A stretch of DNA of 64,000 bases from assembly GCF_006345805.1 (NCBI RefSeq), contig NC_043006.1:35774001-35838000 (forward strand), read 5' to 3'. Below the pieces are notes generated by a model that had not been told where the DNA came from, searched no databases, and worked only from the letters and a program-made list of their open reading frames with translations. Every line of letters starts with the position of its first letter. Within the stretch, counting starts at the first letter, position 1. The stretch is from Octopus sinensis (taxonomy: Eukaryota). Of the stretch, positions 1 through 13,930 are shown piece by piece. The translations under genes were made by a program, and so were the position numbers.

Positions 1-399
1 TGAGAGTCAATGTTTACTAAGAAACAAAACAGCTCTTTTAATAGCAGATGACAGTTATTGAAATGTAGATGTTAGCTACTCTGTGTATAAACTCTAATTT
101 ATATAATAATCATTATCTGAAGCTACACAGGTTACTACGATTACATTGTCTAGAGTAATGGAGAAAAAAACAGTTATTTTAATGTATGGATTTTGCAAGC
201 TACTAGTTTTACGAATTATTTTCCTTTGATGTTGCTTTTTAATTTCATGCCTATAAATATGATGGGAATCGGGTATATAAATATATCGACCTTCTAATGA
301 GATGTTAAAACACTGAAGCAGTCCAAATGTTCTAATATCATATTATAAATAAGTAATTAAATATACACTCTTTATTTGCAGTATATTGAGTTAGTTTCA

Positions 400-605
400 G
401 GCGGTGAGAAAGTAGAAACGTTAGCAATCCGGGAAAACTGCTTCGTGGCATTTCATTCGTTCTCAGTTCAAATTCCACCGAGATCAACTTTGCCTTTCAC
501 CCTTTCAGGGTCGATAAAATAAGGACAGGTTGAACGCTGGGGTCGATGTAATCGACTAACCTCTTACCCAGAAATTACTGGCCTTGTGCCAAAAATTTGA
601 AATCA
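400..605 (+). mobile_element. tRNA-derived SINE, family A
   Basis: Head GGCGGTGAG..AGAAACGTTAGCA, B-box-like GTTCAAATTCC, body CTTTGCCTTTCACCCTTTCAGGGTCGATAAAATAAG; many related copies in the window. Confidence 0.8.
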
Positions 606-975
606 ACATATTGCGTTTGTTTTGTTTTTTTAACTTTGGTTTTCTAATTCAGTTGAACAAGAATAAAGATATGTATATATATTAGTGATAGTTGTTTATA
701 TTAAGTAACGATATTTCCGAAAACGAAACAACACTGCCTTCTCGTCTACTTTTCCCCGCATATATTTCAAATAGGCGATGGGTCATAGCCCCAACTACTT
801 TCTGATTTGTTACAGAGCACACTCAGTAAATACATACTGAAGTGGACGAAAGAATTATGTGCTTAATTAACACATAACTCATATACATATATACATGCAT
901 GCATGCGTACATACATACATAGATACAAATATAGAATGTTAAAAATACCAGCTTAACTCAAAACGGTAAAGATTG

Positions 976-1229
976 TTTGCCAACATAACATGGCAGTCCT
1001 GGTATAGGACGAATGTTACTGTAATTTAGCCCCAGGAGACATCGTCTCCAGCTGGCTATACGACGCGATCTTTATATTTTCGAACATTGCCTTTATATTT
1101 TCGAACAAGGGAATCTGAAAAAATATATATATATAAGGACACAGATCGTGTCGTAAAACCAGATGTCTCCTAGGGCTAAATTACAGCAATATTCGTCATA
1201 AACCAGGACTGCCATGTTATGTTGGCAAA
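976..1229. mobile_element. MITE-like long inverted-repeat element
   Basis: Left arm TTTGCCAACATAACATGGCAGTCCTGGT..GTAATTTAGCCC is reverse-complemented at ~1160-1229; related copy at 37596-37761. Confidence 0.7.
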
Positions 1230-1374
1230 TACACTTTACTCCAAAGTACTGTTGATAAATATCTCTCGTTGTGAGATTTACAAATAAGAATTTTCTAATT
1301 TGACTCAAAAGCTTTTTTTTTATATCAAGCTTTAATAAATAGTTCAAACATATTACATACGACAAGCTTTTACT

Positions 1375-2370
1375 TAAGGTATATCTCTTTATATTCTATT
1401 GCCTGTTGCCATCTTTGTGTCAGAACATCAATTCCCTGTTTATAACATTTGACTGGTTTAGGGGCAATAAACTCACTCCACCTGTTTTCGACATCATCCA
1501 TATTGTTGAACTTCGTCCGTACAGGAAATTAGCCATGGCTCGGGAAAGGTTGTAATTTGATGGTGTAAAATCTGAAATGAAGGCAGAGTTAGGTAGCACT
1601 TCCCGCCCCTCAAGTTTGCATAAGGTCACATTAGCAGTGCGTGCTGGGATTTTGTCCTGCTGGAGTGGGTGCACGTTTTCATTTGAGTAATGCCGGGTAG
1701 CAGGCTTTCAATGCATCATGTACGCGCTGCACTTGTTGAGCAAACAGATTATCATTCACAGCATGATCATTTAAGACACGCAACAACCCGATCGAAACTC
1801 CAACAAACACACGTGACCTTCTTTTCAAACCACCCTTCTTTTACAACAGGTACTGAATCCTAACTGGAATGAAGTCACTAATTTTTTTTATTAGGATTTC
1901 AAAAGTCGATCCATTCTTCAACCCCAGTCACCAAAAATGGGAATCTCGAGGATATGTCTGCAGTTGTTTGCTAATATTCACACATCGTTGAGTCTATTCA
2001 TTGGTCACTTCATGAGGAACCTCTCGACAGCGTCTGTGTAAAAGGCTAAATTTAGGGATTGATCGCTCTTTGTGAAGGACCAAGTTCTGCCAGCAGTGTA
2101 CGAGTGCTTGTGTTTGATTGTTCAAATATTTCATGTAAGGCCACATCTTTCACAACAGAAGGTCTCTTTGACATTCGCTTTTCTTCCAAGTCGGTGTCAC
2201 CTTCCTTCAAACGTCTGAACCAGTTTCGTGCCACACGTTCGTTGACAGTTTCTGGGCGTTCCACATCATTAATTTCTTTTTCCGCTGTTCTTGAATTCTG
2301 TACTTTTTACTACAGGTGGCGTAGAACGGTTCTAATTGCAACTTTTTAATATTTCTTCGCCACTCATTAT
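1375..2370 (-). pseudogene. Degenerate mariner transposase
   Basis: N-terminal HTH region (TVNERVARNWFRRLKEGDTDLEE..RPS) at 2052-2264; C-terminal LQQD..ARTA..EVLP..SDFTPSNYNL (HDNA/YSPDLAPSD-like) and GIDVLTQRWQQAIEYKEIY across frameshifts. Confidence 0.85.
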
Positions 2371-2469
2371 CAAAGCTGTAAAATGAAAGAAAAAAATAAA
2401 TAGTTAACGTTTATATGATACAAATGAAAATAAGGAATATGCAACATGAAGATATAACTTGTCAAAAAC

Positions 2470-2790
2470 CATCAGTGAAAACCTGAAGAAGACTTTGGAC
2501 TTTCCTTGGTATCTTGGACAAAACATAAAGAGTATTGAAGAAGTGCTACAACTATAGAAAAAAAAGGAAGCTAAGGTATTTTGGTCTCATAGTAAGAACT
2601 GATGCTATACAAAGACTATTACTAGAAGGAAAGATAAATGGTAAATGCTCGAGAGGAAGATCTAAAATGGAATGGTTTGATAATATACAGGACTGGACTA
2701 AACTTTTACATGGTGGATTTGTAAGAATGGCATGGAAAAGTCCTTAACGGAGATTCCTGATATTCAACAGGTTGAGAGGAGATGACGTCT
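2470..2790 (+). mobile_element. RTE-clade LINE 3' fragment
   Basis: KRKLRYFGLIVR..LLLEGKINGKCSRGRSKMEWFDNIQDW is the typical RTE ORF C-terminus. Confidence 0.75.
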
Positions 2791-2814
2791 GGTGATGAGA
2801 ATATAGAAACATAA

Positions 2815-2847
<33 letters not shown>

Positions 2848-2848
2848 C

Positions 2849-2941
<93 letters not shown>

Positions 2942-2972
2942 ACTGGTGTGTGTGTGTGTGTGTGTGTGTGTA
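2815..2972. repeat. (TA)n/(TG)n compound microsatellite
   Basis: Directly visible dinucleotide runs. Confidence 0.95.
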
Positions 2973-3219
2973 TTACATGTGATATTTTTCTTTCATCATT
3001 GCGTGAAACGACTTCAAAGAAAGAAAATCGTTCAACCTCTGGCAATAATCATTAATTTCAGTTTATCAAACAATCTCATCGGTTATGAACTCCTATCAAG
3101 TATTTTGTTTTAGTTTAGGTTTTTTTTTTCATGTACCTGTCTGCGCTTGGATGTATGTATGTATGTAAGTATGTATGTGTATATATATATATATAGATAT
3201 CAAAAGGAAGTGTTATAAT

Positions 3220-3258
<39 letters not shown>

Positions 3259-3289
3259 AGCGGCAACTTGTTTCAGCCGGAGGCTAGGG

Positions 3290-4110
3290 TGATGCTGAGG
3301 CACAGCCATTCAATGTCACTAGATTTCGGTACCATTTCTGGTGAAGTTCAAGTTAGACGGAGCTGCTCTTCTTTGCGCCTCCTGCCACGATATGACGTCA
3401 TCCGGTATCTCAGCTAAAGATTTGTCCAGACGCTCTTTGAGTACCTTCGCGGCTACACCTCACAAATCCCTGAGGTTATTGGCAGAATGTTGAATAGTTT
3501 GTGGACACTTGGAGCCCAAGGTCTTTTGGTGCTGAGTCTGTGGTACTTTGCACTGTAGTCCAGTTTAGTGGTTGGTATAGCTTTCAGTTCCAAAGTTGGG
3601 AGCTAGATATTCCTGATATGTATATCATGGCATATCTGTCACGCCTTCTCTTATAGAGTTTCAGTTCTTTTAGCCTCTCCCTGTGGCTCTTCTGTTACAT
3701 CGACTCAACCTTCTTTGTGTAGTGACTCTGAACTTCTTCAAGTTCTGCCACTAGTTTGACACTTTGCAATGACCGCGGTTGGGACCATAAGTTCTCCTTA
3801 GGAGTGACATTGTAATCTTTTTCCTGGTTCTGATTGATCTCAAACTCTATCCAGCTACTCACCTGTACAGTATTGCCATCTTGGTAATCTGCGCATGGAA
3901 ATTGCATCATTATTCATGTGAATTCTCAGGTCACGCACCGATTCCGACTATGGGATTACACTCCACGTTGGACCTGTATATTCCGGTTGTAGTCTGTTTG
4001 TGTGTCGGCAGAGGATTGCTTGAAACTTCTGGGCTTTGAACTGCATGTTATTGTCATCAGCCTACATGTATATTGCATTCATATCTTTCTGCACCCATCA
4101 GGATCTTTCA
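3290..4110 (-). mobile_element. Highly decayed CR1/L2-like LINE 3' fragment
   Basis: Reverse strand resembles the 3' part of the LINE at 32900-33860. Confidence 0.55.
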
Positions 4111-4369
4111 CTGCCAGTGATACTTTTGTATTTTCAGTATAGCCAGTAAGATTGGCTGACTGTATGCTTTTGTATTGAGCCAACCAAATATCTTTTCATC
4201 AGACTACCAAACTGAAAAACAAAAAAACACACGTATGACAAACGGGGAGCGTCGTTTAAATAAAACACATTTCTATTATAAATGTTTATAATGCATTGCA
4301 TATCAATTTAGAAATACAATAAGTTATGGACACAAAGAGGAGAAGCTATTCAGCAGTGACGAACACAGC

Positions 4370-4557
4370 CGGACGTGGCTATGTGGCAAGAAGCTGTCGT
4401 CCCAACCACATGGTTCTAAGTTCAGTCCCATAGGTTATCTTTTGGAGCAAGCGTCTTCTACTCTAGCGTCAAACAGACCAAAGCCTTTTGAGTGAATTTG
4501 GTAGACGGGAACTGAAATAAGTCCGACGTATATATATGTATATGTGTGTATATATAG

Positions 4558-4605
<48 letters not shown>

Positions 4606-4855
4606 ATGTGTGTGTGTGTGTGTGTGTGCTTGCGTGTGTTCATACATATGTGTGTAGGTATATACCTGTGTGTGTGTGTCCCACCACTGCTTGATAGCCG
4701 TCCCTGGTTTGTTTACGCCTCCATAAATTAGCAGTCCGACAAAAAGACACCGACAGAATTAGTACTGGAGTCGATTTCTTTTACTATACACTTCAAGATG
4801 GTGCCCCAGCATTCCCGCAATCTAATGACTGGAATAGTAAAATAGTAAAAGAGAA
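4370..4855 (+). mobile_element. SINE family B with internal (TA)n(TG)n tract
   Basis: GTGGCTATGTGGCAAGAAGC..CCAACCACATGGTTC..TTTGGTAGACGGGAACTGAAA, microsatellite, tail GGTGCCCCAGCAT..AATGACTG. Confidence 0.8.
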
Positions 4856-5184
4856 AGAGATTATTTCGATTCTCGCTGGTGGTCACCATGCGCATCTAGA
4901 TTTATTGTCGGTTGTCGGTTGTCGGTTGACATATATGAGCAGGAATCAGCTAACAATATGATCGCTGAAAATTATAGACCGTCGGATCTTTGTTAGATTC
5001 AGTAGTCTTGCTACTTCTGTCTGATGAAGCACATTCGAAAAACGTGTGTCCCATAATCCCTTGTGCTAATAAACTGAGTGATTTGGGAAAATATTTTTAT
5101 AAAAGAGTTGTTCTTGTGACGAACAAAAGAGCTATTAGCATATTTACGTTCGTGTTTTCAAAATAAATATGCAAGTCAATATAT

Positions 5185-5349
5185 AGGCACAGGCATGGAT
5201 GTGTGGTAAGAAGCTTCCTTCCCAACCACATGGTTCCGGGTTCAGTTGCACTGTTTGGTAACTTGGGCAAGCGCTTCTAATATAGCCTTGGGGTGTCCAA
5301 AGCCCTGTGAGTAGATATGGTAGACAGAAACTGAAAGAAGCGTGTCGTA

Positions 5350-5391
<42 letters not shown>

Positions 5392-5455
5392 TGTGTGTGT
5401 GTGTGTATGTGTGTGTGTGTGTCTGTGTGTGTGTGTGTGTGTGTGTGTATGTGAG
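5185..5455 (+). mobile_element. SINE family B 5' half plus (TG)n
   Basis: Same head as 4370 and 56068. Confidence 0.8.
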
Positions 5456-6204
5456 TTTGTCACTGACGAACTCTCGACAACATAGCGATTCGATATTTGT
5501 AAGCAAAACGGAATATAGATATGGAGTAATCGTACAGTATTTTTGTCTACAGTTTAAGTAGAGCGGAAAATACAAACATGTAAGGAATGAACACACATAA
5601 TATAAAATCATAATTTAAGCGCCAATCCTTTTAACGGACAATAGTGTTCACTCTGAATGTAATGTATTGTGTGTGTGTGTGGGGGGGGGGGTGTTTATGT
5701 GTGTGTGTGTATTTGTAAGCTACTCAATATTTAAGAAGCTAGAAGCTTGAATTACACGTTCTATTTAGCATGAAACTTAAAACCTTGGGAAAAAAATTCA
5801 TATTCATCTAATACGTTATATTAAGTATATACACAACTATGAGTATATAAATATATTTTCTCCTTGTTTATATTTTGCCAAAGGTAAAACAACAGGCATG
5901 CAGAAAGCAGTAAGTTACATGATATAATATGAAATGCTCTAATATATACTGGGCTGGATTAAGACTCATAGAGATCCTAAGCACCTAACAGACTTTGGTG
6001 CCCTCATATATACGTAATTCAAAATATAAACAATTATAAACCATAAAATATTTTTATTTTATATTTTCCAGAATGAAACAAAACTAACAGTAAGATGGAA
6101 AAAAAAAGTTTATTTTTGTATACTTCCCTTTTATCTATATTTGAAAAGTTTTCTCCAACATATTTTAAATTGTAAATTCTAAGTATTTAATCAAATTGTA
6201 GCAT

Positions 6205-6565
6205 TTAGCCATCAATACCGTGTTTAGACCGTGATCGGCGCAAAGGCCCAGGAGGAGCCGGCCATTGGTATTGCATTTCCCTATGCTGTGATGACGAAGA
6301 ATGCCGTTCCACAGACTCTGACTTTAAATTCGCCCAACAAGATGAGTTTGTCGTGCGCGGGGATTGTCTGGATGGTGCGGTCCCACAGGTTGCAGAACAA
6401 AGCCTTGACGTCGCCTTCAGATGTGCGGGTAGGGGAGTACACAAAGATCAGCGTAAGGGATCTGCCCCGAGGGAACAGGATCCGAACAGTCATCAGGCGC
6501 ATCGCTCTCGGAATCATTAGAACGCACATGCTCTTCCACCACGGCAAGGGACTACCATCGGAAGA
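6205..6565 (-). mobile_element. RTE-like LINE AP-endonuclease fragment
   Basis: [43 protein letters not shown] (YAPT and LGDFNARVG motifs). Confidence 0.8.
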
Positions 6566-6584
6566 GAAAAGATACAACACATAC

Positions 6585-6775
<191 letters not shown>

Positions 6776-7250
6776 AAAATAGTTGTGTCCGTGTTTATGT
6801 ATATTATTTATATACATAAATTCATATACATGTCTGTGTATATTATTTATGTCCCGTTTGACATAGTTTAATGTTACAAATAAAGAGCTCTTTTCATAAC
6901 AAAAAGGCAAGCAAAAGACAAGGCTATGTGAACTAATTGCAGAGGATAAAAGCCAGTGTTGCTACTCAATTGCTCGTTACAATTACGCAATGCTTTATAA
7001 TTTCTTTGTAATTAATTATTTGTTCTGTTCTTCATATACGTTTTCCTTTCTTAGTGTTGTAACTTTCCTACAGTTTTCGTATGACCATATGACGTCATTT
7101 CATGAAGTTTTCGCTTTGTAGCCCCTTGTTTCAGGATCCTAAACATGTATGTATGCATGTATGTATGTATGTGTGTATGTCTGTATCTATGCGTGTACGC
7201 ATGTACGCCTGAGCGCCTAAGTGTGTATGTATGTATGTATATATTATATA

Positions 7251-7292
<42 letters not shown>

Positions 7293-7389
7293 TATATATA
7301 TATATGTTTATATATATATAATATATATATATATATATACATACGTACATACATACACATAACATATGTGTGTATGTGAGGTTGTATGG

Positions 7390-7555
7390 AGGTGCAGGTT
7401 TGGCTGTGTGGAAAGAAGCTTGCTTCCCAACCACATGGTTCCGGTTTCACTTTCTCACTGCGTTGCACCTTGGTCAGGTGTTTTTCTACTATACCCTCGG
7501 GCCGACCAAAATCTTGTAAGTGGATTTGGTAGGCAGAAACTGGCAGACGCCCGTC

Positions 7556-7606
<51 letters not shown>

Positions 7607-7612
7607 ATATAG
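7390..7612 (+). mobile_element. SINE family B 5' half plus (TA)n
   Basis: TGGCTGTGTGGAAAGAAGCTTGCTTCCCAACCACATGGTTCCGG..AGAAACTGGCAGACGCCCGTCG. Confidence 0.8.
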
Positions 7613-7861
7613 GTTTAAGAGATAGAACCACCTTCAGGCAACTCAAACAACATTGAACGACATTATCTATGATAGAGATATATAAGATTAACTTTTATCA
7701 AAATTAATATCTACAATTACTATTCTGAATCATATATTAAATTATATAGAAAACGTGCGTTTCATGTCAAAAATCTTTTATGCAATTCAGTTAGAATATG
7801 GAAACCCTCGGACCCTAGAGGTTATAAATGTATCAAAGAAAAAGCACAAAACATTCATAGC

Positions 7862-8230
7862 CACAGGAGTGGTTGCGTGGCGAGGATTTTGTTTTCCAGC
7901 CACCTTAGGCAAGTGTCTTCCACTGTAGCCTCGAGGCGACCAAGGCCTTGTGAGTGAATTTGGTAGGTGGAAACTGAAAGAATCCCGTCGTATATGTTTG
8001 TGTGTGTATGTATGAATGCGCGTGTATGTGTCTTTGTGTCTCTGCGTGTCCCCTCTCACCGCTTGAGAACCGTTGTTGTTTTGTTTATGATCCTATAACT
8101 TAGTGGGTCGGTAAAAGGAACCGATAGAATAAGTAAAAACATAGTAAAAAAAGTAGAGTTGATTCATTAGACTAAAACTTCTTCGAGCTGGTGCTCCAGC
8201 ATGACCGCTTTCTAATGACTGAAACAAGTT
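7862..8230 (+). mobile_element. SINE family B, internally deleted
   Basis: Head CAGGAGTGGTTGCGTGG, core GGTAGGTGGAAACTGAAAGAATCCCGTCG, tail GGTGCTCCAGCATGACC..AATGACTGAAACAAGT. Confidence 0.75.
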
Positions 8231-8829
8231 CACAGCTATAAGGCCACCGCAATTTATTTAGCGGTTTCAAAATGTTGTCGATGATGGACTCGGTAAATCT
8301 ATGAGACCGTTTTGAAAGTATTTCAGTGCACGAGGACCTTCGGTAAGAATGGTATGTCCTGAGAGCTGCCAATCTATGTCTGCAAAGACAGGGGAGAACA
8401 CTTTGCTAGCCAAGTTCTGTATGAAGAGATACTGAGGTGACTGCCTGGATTTTTATTATTTATTCTTTATAACTATAAACACACATACACAAACACTAAC
8501 ACGCATACACAGAAACACTGACACACATGCATATCCGTTAACGGTTATTTTAAATACTTTTCTCGCTGTGTTGCGAGATCGTTTCCTTTTTGCATCTAAT
8601 ATATTATTATTAATCTTCTGTATAAATGAAGTTATATCCCTTACTTTGCTGCTTTTCTTTGCAGGAATTGAGAAGATACATTGCGGAACTGTTATTTTAA
8701 CGAGTTATATCTATTTATCACCGGAAGAGACACGTCTGTATCGTCTGATGCTCTTGAATCATCTGTTAAGTACTCCACCCGTGAGGGATCTATTGTAGAT
8801 GTGTCGAAACTTCTATCTTCCGTCAATTA

Positions 8830-8886
<57 letters not shown>

Positions 8887-8919
8887 GAGAGAGAGAGAGA
8901 GGAGAGAGAGTGAGATACA

Positions 8920-8984
<65 letters not shown>

Positions 8985-9068
8985 TATTATATATACATAT
9001 AATATAATATAATTAACCAGCTGCCAAAGAAGAAGAAAAGGAATTGGTCAATTTCGCATTATTTAGAA

Positions 9069-9335
9069 CAGTGGTTCCCAAACTTTTCAGGCTGGCGCCC
9101 CCTTGACAGCCAGGTCACATTCCTAGCGCCCCCATCACAAACATAGACCATCATAGACTTTCTGAAGCAAAGTCAAAGCAACTGCACTTCACAAATAAAA
9201 CTGAACCTAATGTACTCTTTATTTTGCTGTTTTTACGTGAATCTCTACCCTATTATTGCCCCACTTTTCTTCAACGCCACCTTGGAGCTTTCCACCACCT
9301 CAAGGGGGAAATACCTCCCACTATAGGAACCACTG
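9069..9335. mobile_element. hAT (Charlie-like) MITE with 8-bp TSD
   Basis: TIRs CAGTGGTTCC..GGAACCACTG; flanks ATTTAGAA (9061-9068) and TTTTAGAA (9336-9343), 7/8 identical with central TA. Confidence 0.85.
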
Positions 9336-10500
9336 TTTTAGAACTAGGTTGTCTATTTTTAAGTCAGCCGCCTTAGGCTAGTGTTGGTTCGTGGTCCCAG
9401 TGAATAACATTGACATCCAGTAAAGAAATTAGCCTCCTTATGGTCAGTGGCAGAGTGTTGATGACTAATACTGTTCTATAATAATGCCACATTGAAGAAC
9501 TTCCTTTCTTTTTTCCTTTTTTCCTTTGGCAGTGGCTTTCTCCACGATGTAACGACATACGTGCTTCTCCCAGGCGATACTCTTACTTCACTCTGGACTT
9601 TTTCCGCTTTCGTTTTTTTTTACGAAGAGCCATGTTTGAAACGTTCAAACCCCACATCTTTTGCATTCTTAAAATCTATCCAAGTGTCAATACAATATAA
9701 TCGCTGTGTCACTGTGAACGTCGTTTTGATTGTTGTTGCCTTTCCTGCTTTGATTTATTTTTATTTTTAGATTTGCATAGGCGTGGCTGTGTGGTATCAT
9801 TATCATTCATCCCATTAATGTCTGTGTCCAGCCCGCAAGCTTCTATCTGTGTGCTGCCCTTGTGGCAAATTAAATGAAATAAAGAAGACTTCTTCTCGAC
9901 CACTTAGTTCTGAGTTCGGTTTCATAGCCTGGCACCTTCGGCAACTGCCTTTTACCATAGCTTCGATCTAACCAGAGCCTTATGAATGGATTTAGTGGAT
10001 GGAAGCTGAAAGAAGACTGTTGTATGTACATGCGTGTGTGGGGGTGTATGTGTGTATTTGGTTAATGACAGAGATGGAAGATAGAATATGCGAGAATTAT
10101 GTTAATCACAACAGTTGTTTCCGCCCACTTAGAATCGATCTATCGCAGCTTGGAAATTTAACAGTAGCTTTAGGAGCGTCCGTTGGTGTAGATGTTTCTC
10201 TTCGGGTGATAATTAGATATAAGACGGTAAAATAACGATGGTTCTGCATGGTATCTTCTCAGTTCGTGTAACGAAAAGCTGCAAATTAAAGGATATAGCT
10301 TCATTTATTTAGAATATCAAAAATAAAAAATAAAAGATACAAAAAAGAAAGGAATACACATTACATCGAAAAGAATAATAAATATAACAATCAACAGTTA
10401 TATATATATATATACGTGCATGCATACATACAAATATCTATATAGAGAGAGAGTCACAAACACAGATATATAGACAGACAGAAAGATAGATAGGTAGATG

Positions 10501-10552
<52 letters not shown>

Positions 10553-10553
10553 T

Positions 10554-10588
<35 letters not shown>

Positions 10589-11340
10589 CATGTGCTTATG
10601 CATAAAAGCGTACATCCACACCTACAGACACACTCACTCAAGCGCATATAGACATACATATGTATATAAAATAAGGGCACAAATACAGTTCAAATGTTTC
10701 AGCAACATTTTTCGTAGATGAATAGATTGCTTATGTCGATCACGTCATGAAAAAATTCCCTTTGAACTATTCATCAGTAAACCAATTAATGTTTCTGAAA
10801 CAGCTGTTGGAAACCTTTAAAATCCATTTGTGTTCTTATACCAACGCTATGTCTGGAATCATCCCTATGTTGGATCTATGATTTGCATTTGATCGTAAAA
10901 CCAAGTGAGTGTATGTGTGTGTGTATATATATATATACATATGTATGTGGATGTGTGTGTGTTCATATATATACGCGTATATTGTGCTGTATGTATTTGA
11001 AACGTCTACGTACATGTGGAACTCATCTCTTTCCCAGCGTCCTGAATTATAAGATACCTAGATTGTAATGGATCTTGTAACTGATTAATAATACACTCAC
11101 ACACACACACACAGACACACAGACACACACACACACACACACACGTACATACATATATAAAGAGAGAGAGAGAGAGAGAGAAAGGGAAGACTTAAAAGAG
11201 AACAGTATGTGAAGAGGTGATCGTTGGTGGCATCAAAGCATTTATAAATTTGTTATACAGATGTGTGTCTAAATATAATGAAGCAGTGAAGAGGAAAAAG
11301 AAAGTCCATACTAGATCTTCATAGATAGGCAGACCTCTTC

Positions 11341-11387
<47 letters not shown>

Positions 11388-11494
11388 CTCTCTCTCTTGA
11401 TAGACAGATCTCTTCTCTCTCTATCTCTGTGTGTCTCTCTCTCAGCCATATACATACATACATGTATATATATATGCATATATATATCTATATA

Positions 11495-11564
<70 letters not shown>

Positions 11565-11566
11565 TT

Positions 11567-11609
<43 letters not shown>

Positions 11610-12339
11610 AGAAAAGCAGAGAAATATTTCACTAGATTATCAGAATATAGATTCTGGACAGGATCAAGCGAAGATCTTGCTAGATTTGACATTGCATAAC
11701 ATTCATCGACAATCGACAAAGAAGTATCAATATGATACTGAAATGGATTCAATCGAGCGTGTCCCAGTGCATTGATACGGCTCCAATATTAATGTTTGAG
11801 TAATTGAAGGCGACACACAACGTTCTCCACTCCCCACTTGTGTCTTTCATTTTCAATATCTTGAGTGATTAAGGCGGTAGATTAAGAAAAGCCAAGATAC
11901 GTCATGTTAAGTCAAGAACGTCTTGTAATTCTGTAATACCATATTCAATATACTTTCATCGTATTCAACTTTATAGAGGGCAACTCAGAATGCAACCGGG
12001 GGTCACATAATCAGTTATAAGTTTTCCGTATAAATCTGTTGTGTTACGCTGACATGAAAATAAAGTAGTTTTGTATTTATCGCGCTACTGCTTTTTAGGC
12101 CAAATAGGTAAAAATCTGGGTAGCCAGTGACAAAAACTTCATTGCATTTCCCATGATATTTCAAGTGTTGCCTAATCAAATGCCATTTACTTTTTTTAAG
12201 ATTGCAGGATATGACTTAAGGGACACTTGGTTGCTATTTCTACCAGATCGAGTGATTACATAGGTATTTCATCACGAGTTTTCCTCGTTGGCACCTCAAT
12301 TATATTATTATTGTTGTTGTTGTTGTTGTTGTTGTTTAA

Positions 12340-13930
12340 GACATTGCACAGTATTCAATATCGTGAGGTTGTTGATTGAAGATACTGTGTCTACCGGGGG
12401 TTTGTACTGTGTGTCAAGTTACAGCAAGGACCACAGACAGAGAGAACTTTACCCAATATGCATACAGTTCCAAGTAATGCCGGGTTTTGCAATACACCTA
12501 GATTGTAGGGCATTTCTAAAGTTTCCAGATGCTTCTTTAGCTTGGATGGTATTGAACCCAATGATCCGATGATAACAGGGACAACCTCTATATTCGACTC
12601 TCCTAGCTACCTCATCTTAGCAATGTCAATTCTCAGATCATCATATTTATCAACCTTTTCTCTTTCTTTTATAACTTGTTGATCTCCTTGCACCATCACT
12701 CCACTACCACCGTCGTGACCCGACGCCCGCCACCGGTCGATTTTTAAGCACTCTTGCCTGTTCTTCCTAAACATTACTATGCCCGGCCTTCGGTGCTTTA
12801 ACAAATTGTCTGACTGGAAGTCAAAGTCTCAGTGGGTTTTTGCCTTCCCTTTTTTGTCCATTACCTTCTCCAGTTTATGTTGGTGCTAAGCACCCGTAAC
12901 CTCATGTTCATACTTCCGGCATAGCAGCCAGGGAAGGTTTTGGGCTACTTTGTAGTCTTTCTTCCAAAGACTTTCACAAACACAAACGATATGAGCCACG
13001 CTTTCGATTCTCTTCCGCAGCGATGATTAAATACTCAGCATTCCTTTTTAGGTCACCCTTGCTGAGCAGCCACCATGAGGCTTCCTGGTCTTTTAAGTTG
13101 TTAGTTTCACGGTGGAATTGACCACGCAATTCCATGTGGTGTAGGATTTCTGCTCTCTCGTTGGCTGTCGGTGATCGGAATTATTTAACACTTTCAAGTC
13201 CATTTTTGGTCAATCCTACTGCATTAGTAGTATACTGTAGCAGGTCTTGCTTGCTCTTTACCAAATATTCTGCCATGTTCCTTCTTTCCCTGTTGATGCA
13301 CTCCTGTATGCTAATCCGCCCACGTCCACCTTTACACCTCTTCACGTAGAGCTTATGTAGGTTCGTCTTAGGATGGAGGGCACCATGTGTTGTCATTGTC
13401 TTTCGGGTAGAGTGATCAAGTTGGTTAATCTCCGCAGGAGTCCATTTCAGTATAGGTGCACTATAGCGAACAACAGAAAGAGCCCATATGTTGATGGTAG
13501 TCACAAGGTTCCTGGAGTTGAACTTTGATTTCAAGAGAAGTTTGAGGCGATTCAAATATGCAGTGATGAACTTATCTTTCATTTCTCTGTGCAAAATATT
13601 GTCCAGCTTCAGGATCCCAAGGTATTTCTACCCATCATCATCCGGGTCTTCCATTCTCTCTCCGTTTGTCAATTCTATGGCCCTACATATACTCTGCTCT
13701 TTTACCCCGTTTCTAAGTGCGTATTGCTCAATTCGTAATACCGAATTTCATACCTATATCCTTGCTGCACCTCTGCACGGTCTCAACCAGCCTCTCCACT
13801 TCAGGCTATGTTTTTGCGAACAGGTTTAAACCATCCATTAAGAGAAGGTGGTTGAGAAATGGTCTTTTCTTTCTTAGCTCATAGTACGCGTTGATTTTGC
13901 GTAGAAATTATAGAAAGTGGGATCGATTTT
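12340..13930 (-). mobile_element. R4/Dong-clade non-LTR retrotransposon, decayed 3' half
   Basis: YLNRLKLLLKSKFNSRNLVTTINIWA..RKTMTTHGALHPK..LYVKRCKGGRG, then HRRPGIV and KVDKYDDL (RLE-like); ends at an (AAC)n/(AAT) tract at ~12301-12335. Confidence 0.85.

Noticed and set aside
5015-5075. CTGATGA-AGCACA..TGTGCT hammerhead-like motif
   Set aside because: GAAA box missing after stem II
8240-8450. Stop-free minus-strand stretch (QYLFIQNLASKVFSPVFADIDWQLSGH..) as a host exon
   Set aside because: No polypyrimidine acceptor, recognisable motif or partner exon
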